From contig JAWOEX010000024.1 of the NCBI GenBank assembly GCA_046482545.1, forward strand, positions 51,879 to 115,878: a stretch of DNA of 64,000 nucleotides, written 5' to 3'. Both the position numbers and the translations under genes were made by a program. Under the pieces are notes generated by a model, which saw nothing but the letters and a program-made list of their open reading frames with translations, was not told where the DNA came from and ran no database searches. Shown in pieces: positions 29,871 to 40,087 of the stretch (positions are counted from its first letter, which is position 1; each line of letters opens with the position of its first letter). The DNA is from Candidatus Thorarchaeota archaeon. GTDB lineage: Archaea > Asgardarchaeota > Thorarchaeia > Thorarchaeales > Thorarchaeaceae.

Positions 29871-30817
29871 GCAGTACAGAACCAAAGGACATCTCGATTC
29901 CTGAAGTAGAGGAGCATACTGAGCCCATCAAATACAGCTTCTTTTTGGGCTGTGTTATACCAAACAGAGAGGTTGCCTATGAAATCTCTACACGACGTGT
30001 GTGCAAGGAACTGGGAATTGAGCTTCTCGACATGAAAGGCGCAAGCTGCTGTGGTCTTCCTGTGGACACGGTTAGTCATGAGTCTTCATTGGCACTTGCT
30101 GCTAGGAATCTGACTATTGCTGAGGAAATGGGGCATGATATTTTTACTATTTGTACTGGCTGCACAGGAACACTCGCAAAGGCAAATTGTCAGTTGAAAG
30201 AAAACAGAAGAACCCGGGAACGCGTCAATGCGGAGCTTGGTGAGATTGGCCGAGAGTTCAAGGGTACGATCGAGGTCAAGCATCTCGTTCGGAGCCTTGT
30301 GGAAGATTTCGGTCTGAACAACCTTAGGAAACGAATCAAGCGCCCTCTGAAGAGCCTGAGGATTGCGGGACACTACGGCTGCCATGTACTGATGCCCAGC
30401 AAGTATCTCCGTTTCGATGATCCAGGGAATCCCCACATTCTGAATGAACTGATTGAACTGACCGGGGCAGAGTTGGTGCGATATGAGGGCGAGCGGGACT
30501 GTTGCGGAGCCATGATACTCACGGTCAATACAGACCTCCCCAGTGAGCTTGCTGCAACTAAGCTACACAACGTGAAAGGGGCGGGAGTAGACGCACTCAC
30601 CACGATTTGTCCGTCGTGTCACCGTCAGTACGACGGTAACCAGCGAGCTGCAGAGAAGAGGTATGACGAGGAATTTGGCGTTCCAGTCTTGCACTACCCA
30701 CAGCTACTCGGGCTTGCTCTGGGTATCCCGCCAGAGGAGCTCGCGCTTAATGATCTGAAGGTCAAACCCACATCTCTTGTGGACAAACTGGAAAGAGAAC
30801 GAGAACAAGACAGTTAG
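29867..30817 (+). CDS. hdrB: Heterodisulfide reductase subunit B
   Basis: FLGC, two CCG motifs, HYGCH, CPSC..QYD and PVLHYPQLLGLA. Confidence 0.94.
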   Translation: MSSTEPKDISIPEVEEHTEPIKYSFFLGCVIPNREVAYEISTRRVCKELGIELLDMKGASCCGLPVDTVSHESSLALAARNLTIAEEMGHDIFTICTGCTGTLAKANCQLKENRRTRERVNAELGEIGREFKGTIEVKHLVRSLVEDFGLNNLRKRIKRPLKSLRIAGHYGCHVLMPSKYLRFDDPGNPHILNELIELTGAELVRYEGERDCCGAMILTVNTDLPSELAATKLHNVKGAGVDALTTICPSCHRQYDGNQRAAEKRYDEEFGVPVLHYPQLLGLALGIPPEELALNDLKVKPTSLVDKLEREREQDS

Positions 30818-30829
30818 GAGCTCTGTATC

Positions 30830-31351
30830 ATGTGGAACTACCATGCCGTCTGGAAAGTTTTGGAAGAGTTACTGGGCGACCTGAAGCAAAGGGAGGCTGA
30901 GATACCTGAAGACTTCTTGACGAAACTGAAAGCAGCCCATGGGAATATCAACATCATGAAGGCCGACCCTACTCATGAAGACATCATGGACAAGGTAGAA
31001 GAGCAGTTGAACAATCTGGAGGGACAACTAATCTATCTCGCTGAGGACAGAGTCGGTCCCGACTATGCCGACAAATGGATAACCAAGATTAAAGAGGCCA
31101 GAGAATCAGAGCCTGAGGTATCAAGGGCAAAACCATTCTCTCCAGGAGTTCCACGGGCAGACTACTGGATTCGCCTCACAGTAGGAGATGTGATAAAACG
31201 TCCGGACATAGAGAAGATGGCCTCAGAACTGGGTCTCTCAATAAAAGAGGATGCTGCTAGTACAATCATAGTCCATGGCGATGAAACCAAGGTGAAAAGT
31301 CTGGTAAAGGTCATGACTAGAAAGATGGGGGAAGAGAAAGGCAGAGAATAG
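30830..31351 (+). CDS. DUF2096-like archaeal protein
   Basis: W.VL.ELL.DL N-terminal pattern; co-transcribed with hdrCB. Confidence 0.6.
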   Translation: MWNYHAVWKVLEELLGDLKQREAEIPEDFLTKLKAAHGNINIMKADPTHEDIMDKVEEQLNNLEGQLIYLAEDRVGPDYADKWITKIKEARESEPEVSRAKPFSPGVPRADYWIRLTVGDVIKRPDIEKMASELGLSIKEDAASTIIVHGDETKVKSLVKVMTRKMGEEKGRE

Positions 31352-31368
31352 TCTCTGCCAAACTCGTT

Positions 31369-31860
31369 CTATTGCTCTGCTTCTGAGGCTTCAGCTGCTG
31401 TAATCCGTGCGGTGGTTGCAGCTATTCGAGATTTCCTTGCTGTGGTCTCTCGGGTCTGCAACGAGAGGGCCTCCACCGGACAGGCCTCTATACACTCTGG
31501 TTCCCCATCACAGAGATCACAGGCGATGGCTATGCCGTCAGGATTAATCGTGATGGCACCGAAGTCGCATGCCTCAACACACCAACCACATCCATTACAC
31601 TTGTCCTCATCAACAATAATATGACCATCTTCCTCACTTTGCTGCAAGGCATCTCTTGGACAAGCGATGACACATGGAGCGTCTTCGCACATCATACAAG
31701 TTATTGAGAGATTACCGCTCGGATAGACACGAACAGCCCTGATTCGAGACCTGAGGGGATTGAATACACCCTCTTTCTCAAGGGAACACACATATTCACA
31801 GACAGTACAACCTGTACAAAGATCTGGGTCACAACCCACAAACTTGTGTAATTTTGCCAT
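31369..31860 (-). CDS. 4x[4Fe-4S] DmsB/HydN-type electron-transfer subunit of AOR
   Basis: Four Cys clusters: CTGCTVC, CMMCEDAPC, CNGCGWC and CDLC...C. Confidence 0.9.
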   Translation of the reverse strand: MAKLHKFVGCDPDLCTGCTVCEYVCSLEKEGVFNPLRSRIRAVRVYPSGNLSITCMMCEDAPCVIACPRDALQQSEEDGHIIVDEDKCNGCGWCVEACDFGAITINPDGIAIACDLCDGEPECIEACPVEALSLQTRETTARKSRIAATTARITAAEASEAEQ

Positions 31861-31873
31861 TTTCTTACCTCCA

Positions 31874-33784
31874 CTATCCCTTTGTTTTCTTCTTCTTTGA
31901 TGATTTCTTTTTCCCGTCTTTCTTCTTCTTTGAAACAGCCTTCTTCACGTCTTCTAGGTATTCTGCATAATCCATGAGTCCCAACTCCTTGAGCTTGGCA
32001 TTTGTTGGAATACCCTCTTTCGACCAGCCTCGCGTTTCATAGTAGTCATCAAGAAGGAGGTCTAGTTCTTCCTGAGTGACAAGCGAACCCTTTGCGATTC
32101 CCGATTTGATGGGATCTTTCATGCATCGAATTGGCAATGTGTCCTCCTCACGACCAATCCCCTCTCTGAGGTTGTAGATCTTGCCCAAGTTGCTAATCCG
32201 CTCACCACAGCGTTGCATCTCCTCGGCAGTCATCGGAATACCGGTAGCCAGAGAGTACATCTTTGCATACATCTCGTAATCCCAAATGCGTCTTGAGAAC
32301 TTGCATATGATAAGAGAGTCCATGATGCTGTAGAGGTCCTCTCCATCAATGACCAGTTGCCCTCTTCCCTTTTCAGCCTTGAAACGGTCGACTTGACCTT
32401 TCAAATCCGGTCCGTAGGCGCCATGTCGCTGATGGTCTGCGCCTCTGCGGGATACCGCATAACCCAAAGCACAGGTCTTAAGGCCTCGTACGTCATAACC
32501 CGTCATCTCTACACCTTTGATATGCATGGCGAACTTCTCTGAGCCCTTTCCTAGCTTCGCAGCTGCACGTTTCACACCCCCAGCCAAGAGATCACCAATA
32601 TCTTCTCTGAGGGCAATCTTCTCTACCATTTCACACATGCCTTCGGCGTTACCGAACTCAAGCTCGATACCACCTGTATCCTTCTTGGTGATGATGCCTT
32701 TCTCATAGGCCTCCATAGCAAATGCGATTACAACACCTGTGGATAGAGCATCTGTTCCATAGAGATCACAGAGCTGTACTGCTCGAACGATGGCATCTGG
32801 TCTGTCGACACCTGTGCACGAACCAAAAGCATAGGTCGGCTCATACTCGATACGACCGATTGCACCTTTGAAGGGCCCCTCTCTTACAATGGCGACATGC
32901 TCACAGCGCATTCCACAGCTGTCGCAGGCCTGTATTTTCTCAACGTGCATTTCATTGAGAGCCTCTCCGCTGATTTTGTCCGCCTTTTCGAATACTGCAT
33001 CCTGCCAGTTTCTCGTGGGCATGGCAGCCTGTTTGTTCAGTGCTAGAACGTTGGCAGCAGTACCAAGATTCCGGTACTTCTCTGTGGCAGGTCCCTTTGC
33101 CTCCTCATAGATTTCAGATGTCATTTCTTTGAAGCCTTCAACATCTGCAATCTCAACATCATTAAACCCTCTTACTGCGAGAGCCTTGAGGTTCTTAGAT
33201 CCCATTACCGCGCCCATTCCGGTGCGGCCAGCTGCCCTGAGTCGGTCATTAATAATGGCTGAAAAACGGACGAGATTCTCTCCTGCTGGACCGATTGATG
33301 CAATTCTCACCCCGGGATCTCCCAAGTCCGATTTGATCGTATCCTCCGTTTCCCAGTTACTCTTACCCCACAGGTGGCTGGCGTCCATAATCTGCACGCT
33401 CTCATCCTCCAAGTAGAGATATGACGGGCGCTCAGCTCTTCCTGTCACCATCACGATATCATATCCAGCTCTGCGGAGCTCTGAACCAAAAAAGCCAGTT
33501 GAATATGCCTCGCCAAGTCCTTGGGACTGGGGAGACTTCGCTGCGACACCCCACTTACTGGCGCTCCCGGGTATCATCATGCCACAGAACGTCCCGCACG
33601 AGAATACTATCGGATTCTCGGGGTCGAAAGCATCTGTACCAGGTCGCTGGTGATCTGTAATCATTTTAATACCGAATCCAGCACCGCCAAGGAATTTCTT
33701 AGCCATTTCCTCGCCGAGCGGTTTGGTCTTCGTCTTTCCAGTGCTCAGGTTAACGTACAAGATATTGTTCGCGTATCCTTTCAC
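31874..33784 (-). CDS. aor: Tungsten-dependent aldehyde:ferredoxin oxidoreductase family protein
   Basis: AAKSP, SIGPAGEN, GRTGMGAVMGSKNLKA, CDSCGMRC, EYEP, CDLYGTD and LIICKF motifs; GTG start at 33784 (or 33793). Confidence 0.93.
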   Translation of the reverse strand: MKGYANNILYVNLSTGKTKTKPLGEEMAKKFLGGAGFGIKMITDHQRPGTDAFDPENPIVFSCGTFCGMMIPGSASKWGVAAKSPQSQGLGEAYSTGFFGSELRRAGYDIVMVTGRAERPSYLYLEDESVQIMDASHLWGKSNWETEDTIKSDLGDPGVRIASIGPAGENLVRFSAIINDRLRAAGRTGMGAVMGSKNLKALAVRGFNDVEIADVEGFKEMTSEIYEEAKGPATEKYRNLGTAANVLALNKQAAMPTRNWQDAVFEKADKISGEALNEMHVEKIQACDSCGMRCEHVAIVREGPFKGAIGRIEYEPTYAFGSCTGVDRPDAIVRAVQLCDLYGTDALSTGVVIAFAMEAYEKGIITKKDTGGIELEFGNAEGMCEMVEKIALREDIGDLLAGGVKRAAAKLGKGSEKFAMHIKGVEMTGYDVRGLKTCALGYAVSRRGADHQRHGAYGPDLKGQVDRFKAEKGRGQLVIDGEDLYSIMDSLIICKFSRRIWDYEMYAKMYSLATGIPMTAEEMQRCGERISNLGKIYNLREGIGREEDTLPIRCMKDPIKSGIAKGSLVTQEELDLLLDDYYETRGWSKEGIPTNAKLKELGLMDYAEYLEDVKKAVSKKKKDGKKKSSKKKKTKG

Positions 33785-34022
33785 GTTGTCCACTCTCAGG
33801 CAATCCGTGACGTATATATTGGGGATGAAGAGAAAGTCAATCCATGATAAAGGTATCGAAGCCCGACCACTCAATTATCAATACAGTTAACCTCGGATTA
33901 GCAATGATATGAGTCGTCGATTCAACAACCTCTAAGATGAAACAGAGATTCGTGTGACATGCAGGTACCCATTCATGATTGAGAGTCACAAACGTCGAGG
34001 ATTATACACAAGATTATCCATC

Positions 34023-34056
34023 TCTGTTTTGGCTTCTTACAAAACAGATTTAATAT
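34023..34056 (+). promoter_or_regulatory. Inverted repeat (candidate operator) abutting the TATA box of the fwdF-hdrA operon
   Basis: TCTGTTTTG-N8-CAAAACAGA (34023-34048) immediately followed by TTTAATAT. Confidence 0.5.
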
Positions 34057-34119
34057 ATCCAGCTTTGCGAAACGCATCACGGTCACGACACAGCAAGCCA
34101 ATAAAGGGAGAATAGACAT

Positions 34120-34986
34120 TTGCCGCTACGACTGAAAAAGACAGAAACCGATTATAGTCTGGTCATCGAACGAAACCTCTACACGAAGCGCTTTCTGCTT
34201 ACCGTGGACAGAGAAAAGTGCAGAGGCTGTGGTATATGTGAAACAGTCTGCCATTCTGATGCAATCTCCCTCGTCAACAGAGAGAAGACAGTGGTTGATG
34301 GGGAAGAGGTCACGCAAAGAGCTATCGTTGATATTGACGAAAACCTTTGCGACCACTGCGGTATGTGTGAAGCGATATGTCCGTTTTGGGCAATCGAGCA
34401 TACCGTCAATGGTGAGCCGGTCGTGTGTGTCCATGAAACAGAGAGTTTTCCGCAGTATATTCGTGAGATTCGAGTGGACGAAGAGGAGATATCTCCATAT
34501 CTGGAAAAGGCAGATGAGTTATGCCCGTTGAATCTCGTCTCAGTGGAAGACGGAGAACTGTTCATTGATGAGAAATCGTGCCCTTGCTGTAGGCAGTGCG
34601 AAGACAGGACAAACGGTGCGATTCTAGTTCGTCCCATCTTCATGGGTTCTATCATTATCAATCAGGAAGTGTGCCCCGAAGACTGTAAGAGCTGCTTAGA
34701 TATCTGTCCTGTCGAGGCTCTGGAACTCCACGAGGACGGCAAGGTCTATCCCTTGGATAGATATTGCGTCTACTGTGAGGCCTGCATCAAGGTCTGTCCA
34801 GAACCGGACGAGGCACTTATTGTCACGCGGACATCAGTTCGACACACCCCTGTGAAGTCTGGGGCGTGGAACAAAGCATTAGAAAAACTAGCGACGTCTG
34901 ATGCGTTCGAGCGTGAAGTTCGGACAAAAAGGACAAGCAAAGTTGCGGAGGCCATGAAACGACGAAACTTGGGCGGAGGAAAGTGA
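34120..34986 (+). CDS. fwdF: FwdF/FmdF-like polyferredoxin
   Basis: Multiple CxxCxxCxxxCP repeats and C-terminal HTPVKSGAWNKALEKL, which resembles the FwdF tail TTPIRSKAW (recalled). Confidence 0.75.
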   Translation: MPLRLKKTETDYSLVIERNLYTKRFLLTVDREKCRGCGICETVCHSDAISLVNREKTVVDGEEVTQRAIVDIDENLCDHCGMCEAICPFWAIEHTVNGEPVVCVHETESFPQYIREIRVDEEEISPYLEKADELCPLNLVSVEDGELFIDEKSCPCCRQCEDRTNGAILVRPIFMGSIIINQEVCPEDCKSCLDICPVEALELHEDGKVYPLDRYCVYCEACIKVCPEPDEALIVTRTSVRHTPVKSGAWNKALEKLATSDAFEREVRTKRTSKVAEAMKRRNLGGGK

Positions 34987-34992
34987 TTAACG

Positions 34993-37509
34993 TTGAATGA
35001 CAAACAGACCGAAGAAAATGATGAGAAACTCGTGGCGGAAGAACCCCGAATTGGCGTCTTCATCTGTCACTGCGGCTCGAACATAGCCGGCACTCTGGAC
35101 ATCGACGCGCTGGAGGAATATGCTAAAACACTTGATTCTGTTGTCTACGTGAAGCAGAACCGATACACATGTGCTGATCCTGGTCAGGAGGAGATTCGTG
35201 AAGGAATTAAGGATTACAAACTCGACAAGGTGGTGGTAGCTGCATGTTCGCCCCGGATGCATGAACCCACCTTCAGGGTCACGGTCTCCGAGGCAGGAAT
35301 GAACCCGTATAACTTCATTATGGCCAATATCAGGGAACACTGCTCATGGTGTCATGAGGAAAGTGAAGACTCTTTGCAAAAGGCAAAAGAGATAATCAGG
35401 ATGGCTGTTGCGAAGGCTGCACTATCCGTTCCCCTCGAGAAGTTTGAAGTGCCTGTGACGGACAGGGCCATGGTCATTGGAGGTGGAGTTTCCGGAATAC
35501 ACGCTGCTCTTGACCTCGCCAATATGGGCTACAAGACCTACCTTGTTGAGCGTGATGAGAGTATTGGCGGTCACATGGCTCAACTCGACAAAACTTTCCC
35601 TACACTAGACTGTTCAATCTGCATCGAGGGGCCAAAGATGGTCGAGGTGGGCAGACACCCCAACATCGAAATTATCAGTTTCTCTGAAGTTGTAAATGTT
35701 GATGGTTACGTCGGAAACTTTAAGGTGAGAATCCGAAAGAATCCCCGATACGTCATCCAAGATAATTGTACAGGCTGCGGCGAGTGTTCAGATGTCTGCC
35801 CAGTCGAGTATCCTAATGCGTGGGAACAGAATCTCGGAACACGAAAGGCAATTTCCGTCCCATTCCCACAGGCTGTCCCTCTCGTGTACACTATAAATCG
35901 CGACCACTGTATCGAGTGTTACAAGTGTGTTGATGTCTGTGGCGAACGGCAGGCTATCGACTTCGAACAGGAGCCTGAAGAGATTGAAGTGGAGGTGGGG
36001 ACTATCACAGTGGCCACGGGCTACCACTCCATGTACGAACCTGTCAGTGGCGGTGAGTTTGAGTCTGCCCAAGATGGTTATTATGGCTACGGTCGGTTTG
36101 AGAACGTTGTCACGGGCCTTGAAACAGAGCGACTTGTCTGTGCGGGAGGACCTACGGGAGGCGAGGTCATTCGTAGGTCTGATGGGAAGCATCCTCATCG
36201 TGTAGGCTTCATCCAATGTGTGGGCTCTCGAGATGTCAATAAGTACGAGTATTGCTCCAATTTCTGCTGCATGTACACTCTGAAGAATGCCATTCTCATC
36301 AAGGAGCACGAGCCTGATACTGAGATATTCATCTGGTATATCGACATGAGGACTCCTGGAAAGGGGTATGAGAACTTCTACACCAGAGCAAGAGATGCCG
36401 GTTTCACCTTCATCAAGGGGCGACCATACGAGGTCATCGAGGACCCGGAAACCAAGAACCTGATTGTACGTTCTGAAGATGTGCTTCTCGGGAAAGAGGT
36501 AGAGGTAGAGGTCGATTTGCTAGTCCTAGCTACAGCCTGCGAACCAAGTTTCGGAACTGGAGATCTTGGTGGGAAGCTTCACATCACCAGAAGCGCCAAC
36601 GGATTCTTTATGGAGGCGCACCCGAAGCTCAAGCCTCTGGATACACCTGTTGACGGGATTACCCTGTCGGGGGCTTGCCAGGGTCTAAAGGACATCCCTT
36701 ACTCAGTATCATCTGGTAGCGGTGCAGCGTCACGGGCTGCGACCATCCTGTCGAAAGATACCGTTGAGATTGAGCCCATTGTAGCTGTGGTTGACCCTGA
36801 CAAGTGCATGAATGTGGACCGGAACTGTGGCATCTGTGTGGACAAGTGCCCCTACGTAGCTATCACGGCTGTCGAAGGTGAGGCTGCTGCAGTAAACGTC
36901 GCCAATTGTCATGGTTGTGGAACATGCGTTGCTTCCTGTCCCCACGATGCTATCGACCAGATGCATTTTACTGACTCCATGATCTTTTCACAAATCAGAG
37001 CAGCGTTGGATGACAAGCCTGAGGAGAAGATTTTGGTCTTCGCCTGCAACTGGTGCTGCTATGGAGGATCCGACCTTGCGGGAACGAGTCGATTCACCTA
37101 TCCTCCCAACACCCGCATCATCAGAGTGATGTGCTCTGGTCGGGTTGATACTGACTTTGTCGCTGAGGCCTATAGGCTGGGTGCTGGAGCGGTCATGGTG
37201 GGTGCGTGTCACAGACCTACAGACTGTCACTACATCAGTGGAAACCACGTTGCATATGAGAGATTCCAACGATATCAAAAACGACTTGAAAGAGCAGGCA
37301 TCAGCCCAGAGAGATTTCTCTGGAAGGAAATATCTGCCGCGGAGGGGCTTATCTTCGCAAAAACAATGAAAAGACTGAACGAGAACATTCAGGACATAGG
37401 AATCGACAGAATCAAGGAAGAGAATGAACAGGCTCGAAAGAGAATTTCAGCTTCTCTAAAGCGGAAGGGCCTCATCCCGGAGACAGAGAAATCTAACCAA
37501 GAGGAATAG
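34993..37509 (+). CDS. hdrA: HdrA fused to C-terminal MvhD domain
   Basis: CHCGSNIAG, AACSP, NIREHCSW, IGGGVSG, LDKTFPTLDCSIC and QCVGSRD motifs, then MvhD motifs CNWCCY, RVMCSGR and CHY. Confidence 0.95.
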   Translation: MNDKQTEENDEKLVAEEPRIGVFICHCGSNIAGTLDIDALEEYAKTLDSVVYVKQNRYTCADPGQEEIREGIKDYKLDKVVVAACSPRMHEPTFRVTVSEAGMNPYNFIMANIREHCSWCHEESEDSLQKAKEIIRMAVAKAALSVPLEKFEVPVTDRAMVIGGGVSGIHAALDLANMGYKTYLVERDESIGGHMAQLDKTFPTLDCSICIEGPKMVEVGRHPNIEIISFSEVVNVDGYVGNFKVRIRKNPRYVIQDNCTGCGECSDVCPVEYPNAWEQNLGTRKAISVPFPQAVPLVYTINRDHCIECYKCVDVCGERQAIDFEQEPEEIEVEVGTITVATGYHSMYEPVSGGEFESAQDGYYGYGRFENVVTGLETERLVCAGGPTGGEVIRRSDGKHPHRVGFIQCVGSRDVNKYEYCSNFCCMYTLKNAILIKEHEPDTEIFIWYIDMRTPGKGYENFYTRARDAGFTFIKGRPYEVIEDPETKNLIVRSEDVLLGKEVEVEVDLLVLATACEPSFGTGDLGGKLHITRSANGFFMEAHPKLKPLDTPVDGITLSGACQGLKDIPYSVSSGSGAASRAATILSKDTVEIEPIVAVVDPDKCMNVDRNCGICVDKCPYVAITAVEGEAAAVNVANCHGCGTCVASCPHDAIDQMHFTDSMIFSQIRAALDDKPEEKILVFACNWCCYGGSDLAGTSRFTYPPNTRIIRVMCSGRVDTDFVAEAYRLGAGAVMVGACHRPTDCHYISGNHVAYERFQRYQKRLERAGISPERFLWKEISAAEGLIFAKTMKRLNENIQDIGIDRIKEENEQARKRISASLKRKGLIPETEKSNQEE

Positions 37510-37923
37510 TCTTTCCTGCAAAATGGTCCAAGTTTCAGCATTTTCTCCTTGGATGACCTATGGAAGTGAGGTCTATGATACTGTCTGACGTGCTGTCCAA
37601 ATTCAGCAAGTTATTTATCTCATCATCACAGATTGCTCCAATTTGACAGCTGCCAAGATTCTGCCTTCTGCAGCTAGAACAAGATTCTCTTCAATGCGGC
37701 CGCCACCTAGGATGATGTAGCCACGGGCCCGCTGAAGACACATCCGTTTTGACCGCCAGAATCTCAAATTCCATATGGCCCCAGCCATCACTTTCCAAAC
37801 CATTTACCGTTTATCGCTTTCAGGAGAGGGTGTCTGTGGAATTCCATTTCATAAAGTAAAGTAATAAGCCAAACATGTAGAGTACTATCTGAGAACCTTC
37901 CCGGTAAAATATACTGAGAGAAG

Positions 37924-38643
37924 ATGATAATGGAGAACGAACAAAGGTCAGATTTTCGACCGGAGCCCCTAGACCTGGTCATAGCGATTATTGCAGCATT
38001 TGGACTGCCAATTTTCAGCGGATATCTCTATGCCACCATGGGAGCACTACCTGTTCTTGTAATCTATTACGGGGTCTTCTGCATTGGGCTTAGAAAATGG
38101 CGATACGGAAACTTGGGATACAAGTTGGAGAAGGGCAGCATCATTGAGCAGTTTAAGGGCTACACCACGAAACCATTCATTATTGCATTGGTTGCCCAAA
38201 TCGGTCTCGTTATCGATAGCTGGATTGTGGTGGAACATGTCACCAATAGCACCCTACTGGGATTTTTGGGAACCTTATTGCTATGGGCCCCCATAAACGC
38301 CTTCTCAGAACAGCTTTCGTGGTTGTATGTCTTTGAATCGTTCTCAGAATTTTCTGATGAAAAAACAAAACGGCGGATTGGCACGGCGATTGGGATACTT
38401 CTGTATGTGGCGTATATAGGTCTGATACACGCGCTTTTCTGGGGTCGATTTCTTCTGGGTAGTGTAATTATTTCACCCTTCACCGAGATTTTCTTCATTC
38501 TACAATTTGTGGTGTCACTCTGTTACTTGGCAATTTACAGACAATCAAGGAGTATGTGGCCCATTGGTCTTATCCATTTTCTTCTTAATTTCACTAGTGT
38601 CCTCTTCTCAGGTTATTCGATGGTTCCGTATCTAATCAGATAG
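37924..38643 (+). CDS. CPBP/Abi-like intramembrane protease family membrane protein
   Basis: Multi-TM protein with degenerate SEQLSW, IHALF and SRSMWPIGLIH..N motifs. Confidence 0.55.
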   Translation: MIMENEQRSDFRPEPLDLVIAIIAAFGLPIFSGYLYATMGALPVLVIYYGVFCIGLRKWRYGNLGYKLEKGSIIEQFKGYTTKPFIIALVAQIGLVIDSWIVVEHVTNSTLLGFLGTLLLWAPINAFSEQLSWLYVFESFSEFSDEKTKRRIGTAIGILLYVAYIGLIHALFWGRFLLGSVIISPFTEIFFILQFVVSLCYLAIYRQSRSMWPIGLIHFLLNFTSVLFSGYSMVPYLIR

Positions 38644-38644
38644 A

Positions 38645-40087
38645 ATGGGGAAAAAACAAGTCATGAGTTCCATTGTTGTTACTGACGGCATTCTTGTAAC
38701 GCCTAGTCCGAAAGGAGTTAGGGTCATTGAAAACGGTGCTGTTGCCATAGAGGATGGGCGAATTGAGGATGTTGGAAAATCTGCAGAAATGAAAGCAAAG
38801 ATTTCTGCGGAAATTGTGATTGACGCCAAGGGCAAGGCGATTCTTCCAGGATTCATTGATGCTCATGTCCACAGTCCATTGAGCTTATTCAGGGGTCTTG
38901 CGCAGGATGTACCTGAATCCGAGTGGATGACCAAAACAATTGACCCTCTAGCTAACAAGATGACAAAAAAGGCGGCAATTGTAGGTTCCAAGCTGACCGT
39001 CATAGAAGGGCTGAAAGCTGGAACTACATGCTTCTGCGATTTTTCCACGTCAATGGTAGACCTCATCAAGAACGTCTACTTGAGTGCTGGTGTCCGTGCC
39101 AATGTTTGCTCTACGATCAATGAGGTTGGTGCAAAGAAGGAAGGAAATGGAGTATTGTACCCATTCGATAGGACTCTTGGTGAGAAGAGACTTCAAGAGA
39201 ATATCGAATTGGTGGAGAAATGGCATGGAAAGGGAAATGGCCGGATTACATGTCTATTCGGTCCCCAAGCTGCTGATATGCTGAGCAAGGAGCTTCTTCT
39301 ACAAGTCAGAGATACTGCGATTGAATATGATTTGCCAATTCACACCCATGTCGCTCAAGGTGGAAGAGAACGCAAACAGATGATGGAGCGATACGGGAAG
39401 TCAACAGTAGAATTCTTGGATGAGATAGGGTACTTGGATAACCGGTTGATTGCAGTTCATTGCCATGATACCACTAGAAAAGAACTAGAAATTCTTGCAA
39501 ACAGAAACGTGAGAATGGTGGGCTGTCCGGGTTCCATTGGTATGATAGACGGCATTGTACCACCATTGGCAAGTTTCAGTGGATTTGGAGGTGTTACAGG
39601 ACTTGGCTCAGACCAATGCCCGCCTGATGGACATAACATGTTGAGAGAAGCTAAGTACGCAGCAATCCTATCAAAAACCAAACACCAAAATCCAACTATC
39701 TTACCAGCCGGAGAAGTCTTCAGAATGGCAACCATTGGTGGGGCCATGTGCCACAGTCTTCACAGGGAGATCGGGTCACTCGAACCAGGCAAGAAGGCGG
39801 ATCTCATACTGATTGATATCGAACGACCAAATCTCGTACCAATCCTAAATTCGCCCGTTAGAACCATCATCCCAAATTTGATGTACCATGCTATGGGCCC
39901 TGAAGTTGTTACTGCACTTGTTGATGGACAGATAGTGCTAGAGAACGGCAAGGTCACGACGATGGATGAAGGAGCCGTTGTGAAGGAAGCACAAAGGATC
40001 GCTTCTGAACTAGCGGAAGAGGCAACCGATGATTTCATGACGGCTGGGTCAGAGCTAACAGATTTACAGAATAGAGGCCTCCTATGA
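38645..40087 (+). CDS. Amidohydrolase (MtaD/AtzA-like deaminase family)
   Basis: PGFIDAHVH, HTHVAQ, VHC, GLGSD and IGSLEPGKKAD motifs. Confidence 0.88.
   Translation: MGKKQVMSSIVVTDGILVTPSPKGVRVIENGAVAIEDGRIEDVGKSAEMKAKISAEIVIDAKGKAILPGFIDAHVHSPLSLFRGLAQDVPESEWMTKTIDPLANKMTKKAAIVGSKLTVIEGLKAGTTCFCDFSTSMVDLIKNVYLSAGVRANVCSTINEVGAKKEGNGVLYPFDRTLGEKRLQENIELVEKWHGKGNGRITCLFGPQAADMLSKELLLQVRDTAIEYDLPIHTHVAQGGRERKQMMERYGKSTVEFLDEIGYLDNRLIAVHCHDTTRKELEILANRNVRMVGCPGSIGMIDGIVPPLASFSGFGGVTGLGSDQCPPDGHNMLREAKYAAILSKTKHQNPTILPAGEVFRMATIGGAMCHSLHREIGSLEPGKKADLILIDIERPNLVPILNSPVRTIIPNLMYHAMGPEVVTALVDGQIVLENGKVTTMDEGAVVKEAQRIASELAEEATDDFMTAGSELTDLQNRGLL

Noticed and set aside
34993-37620. Selenoprotein HdrA/MvhD with a downstream SECIS (Asgard archaea can use Sec)
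   Set aside because: The ORF is uninterrupted with Cys at the usual Sec positions and no convincing SECIS follows; the same holds for mvhD and fdhA.
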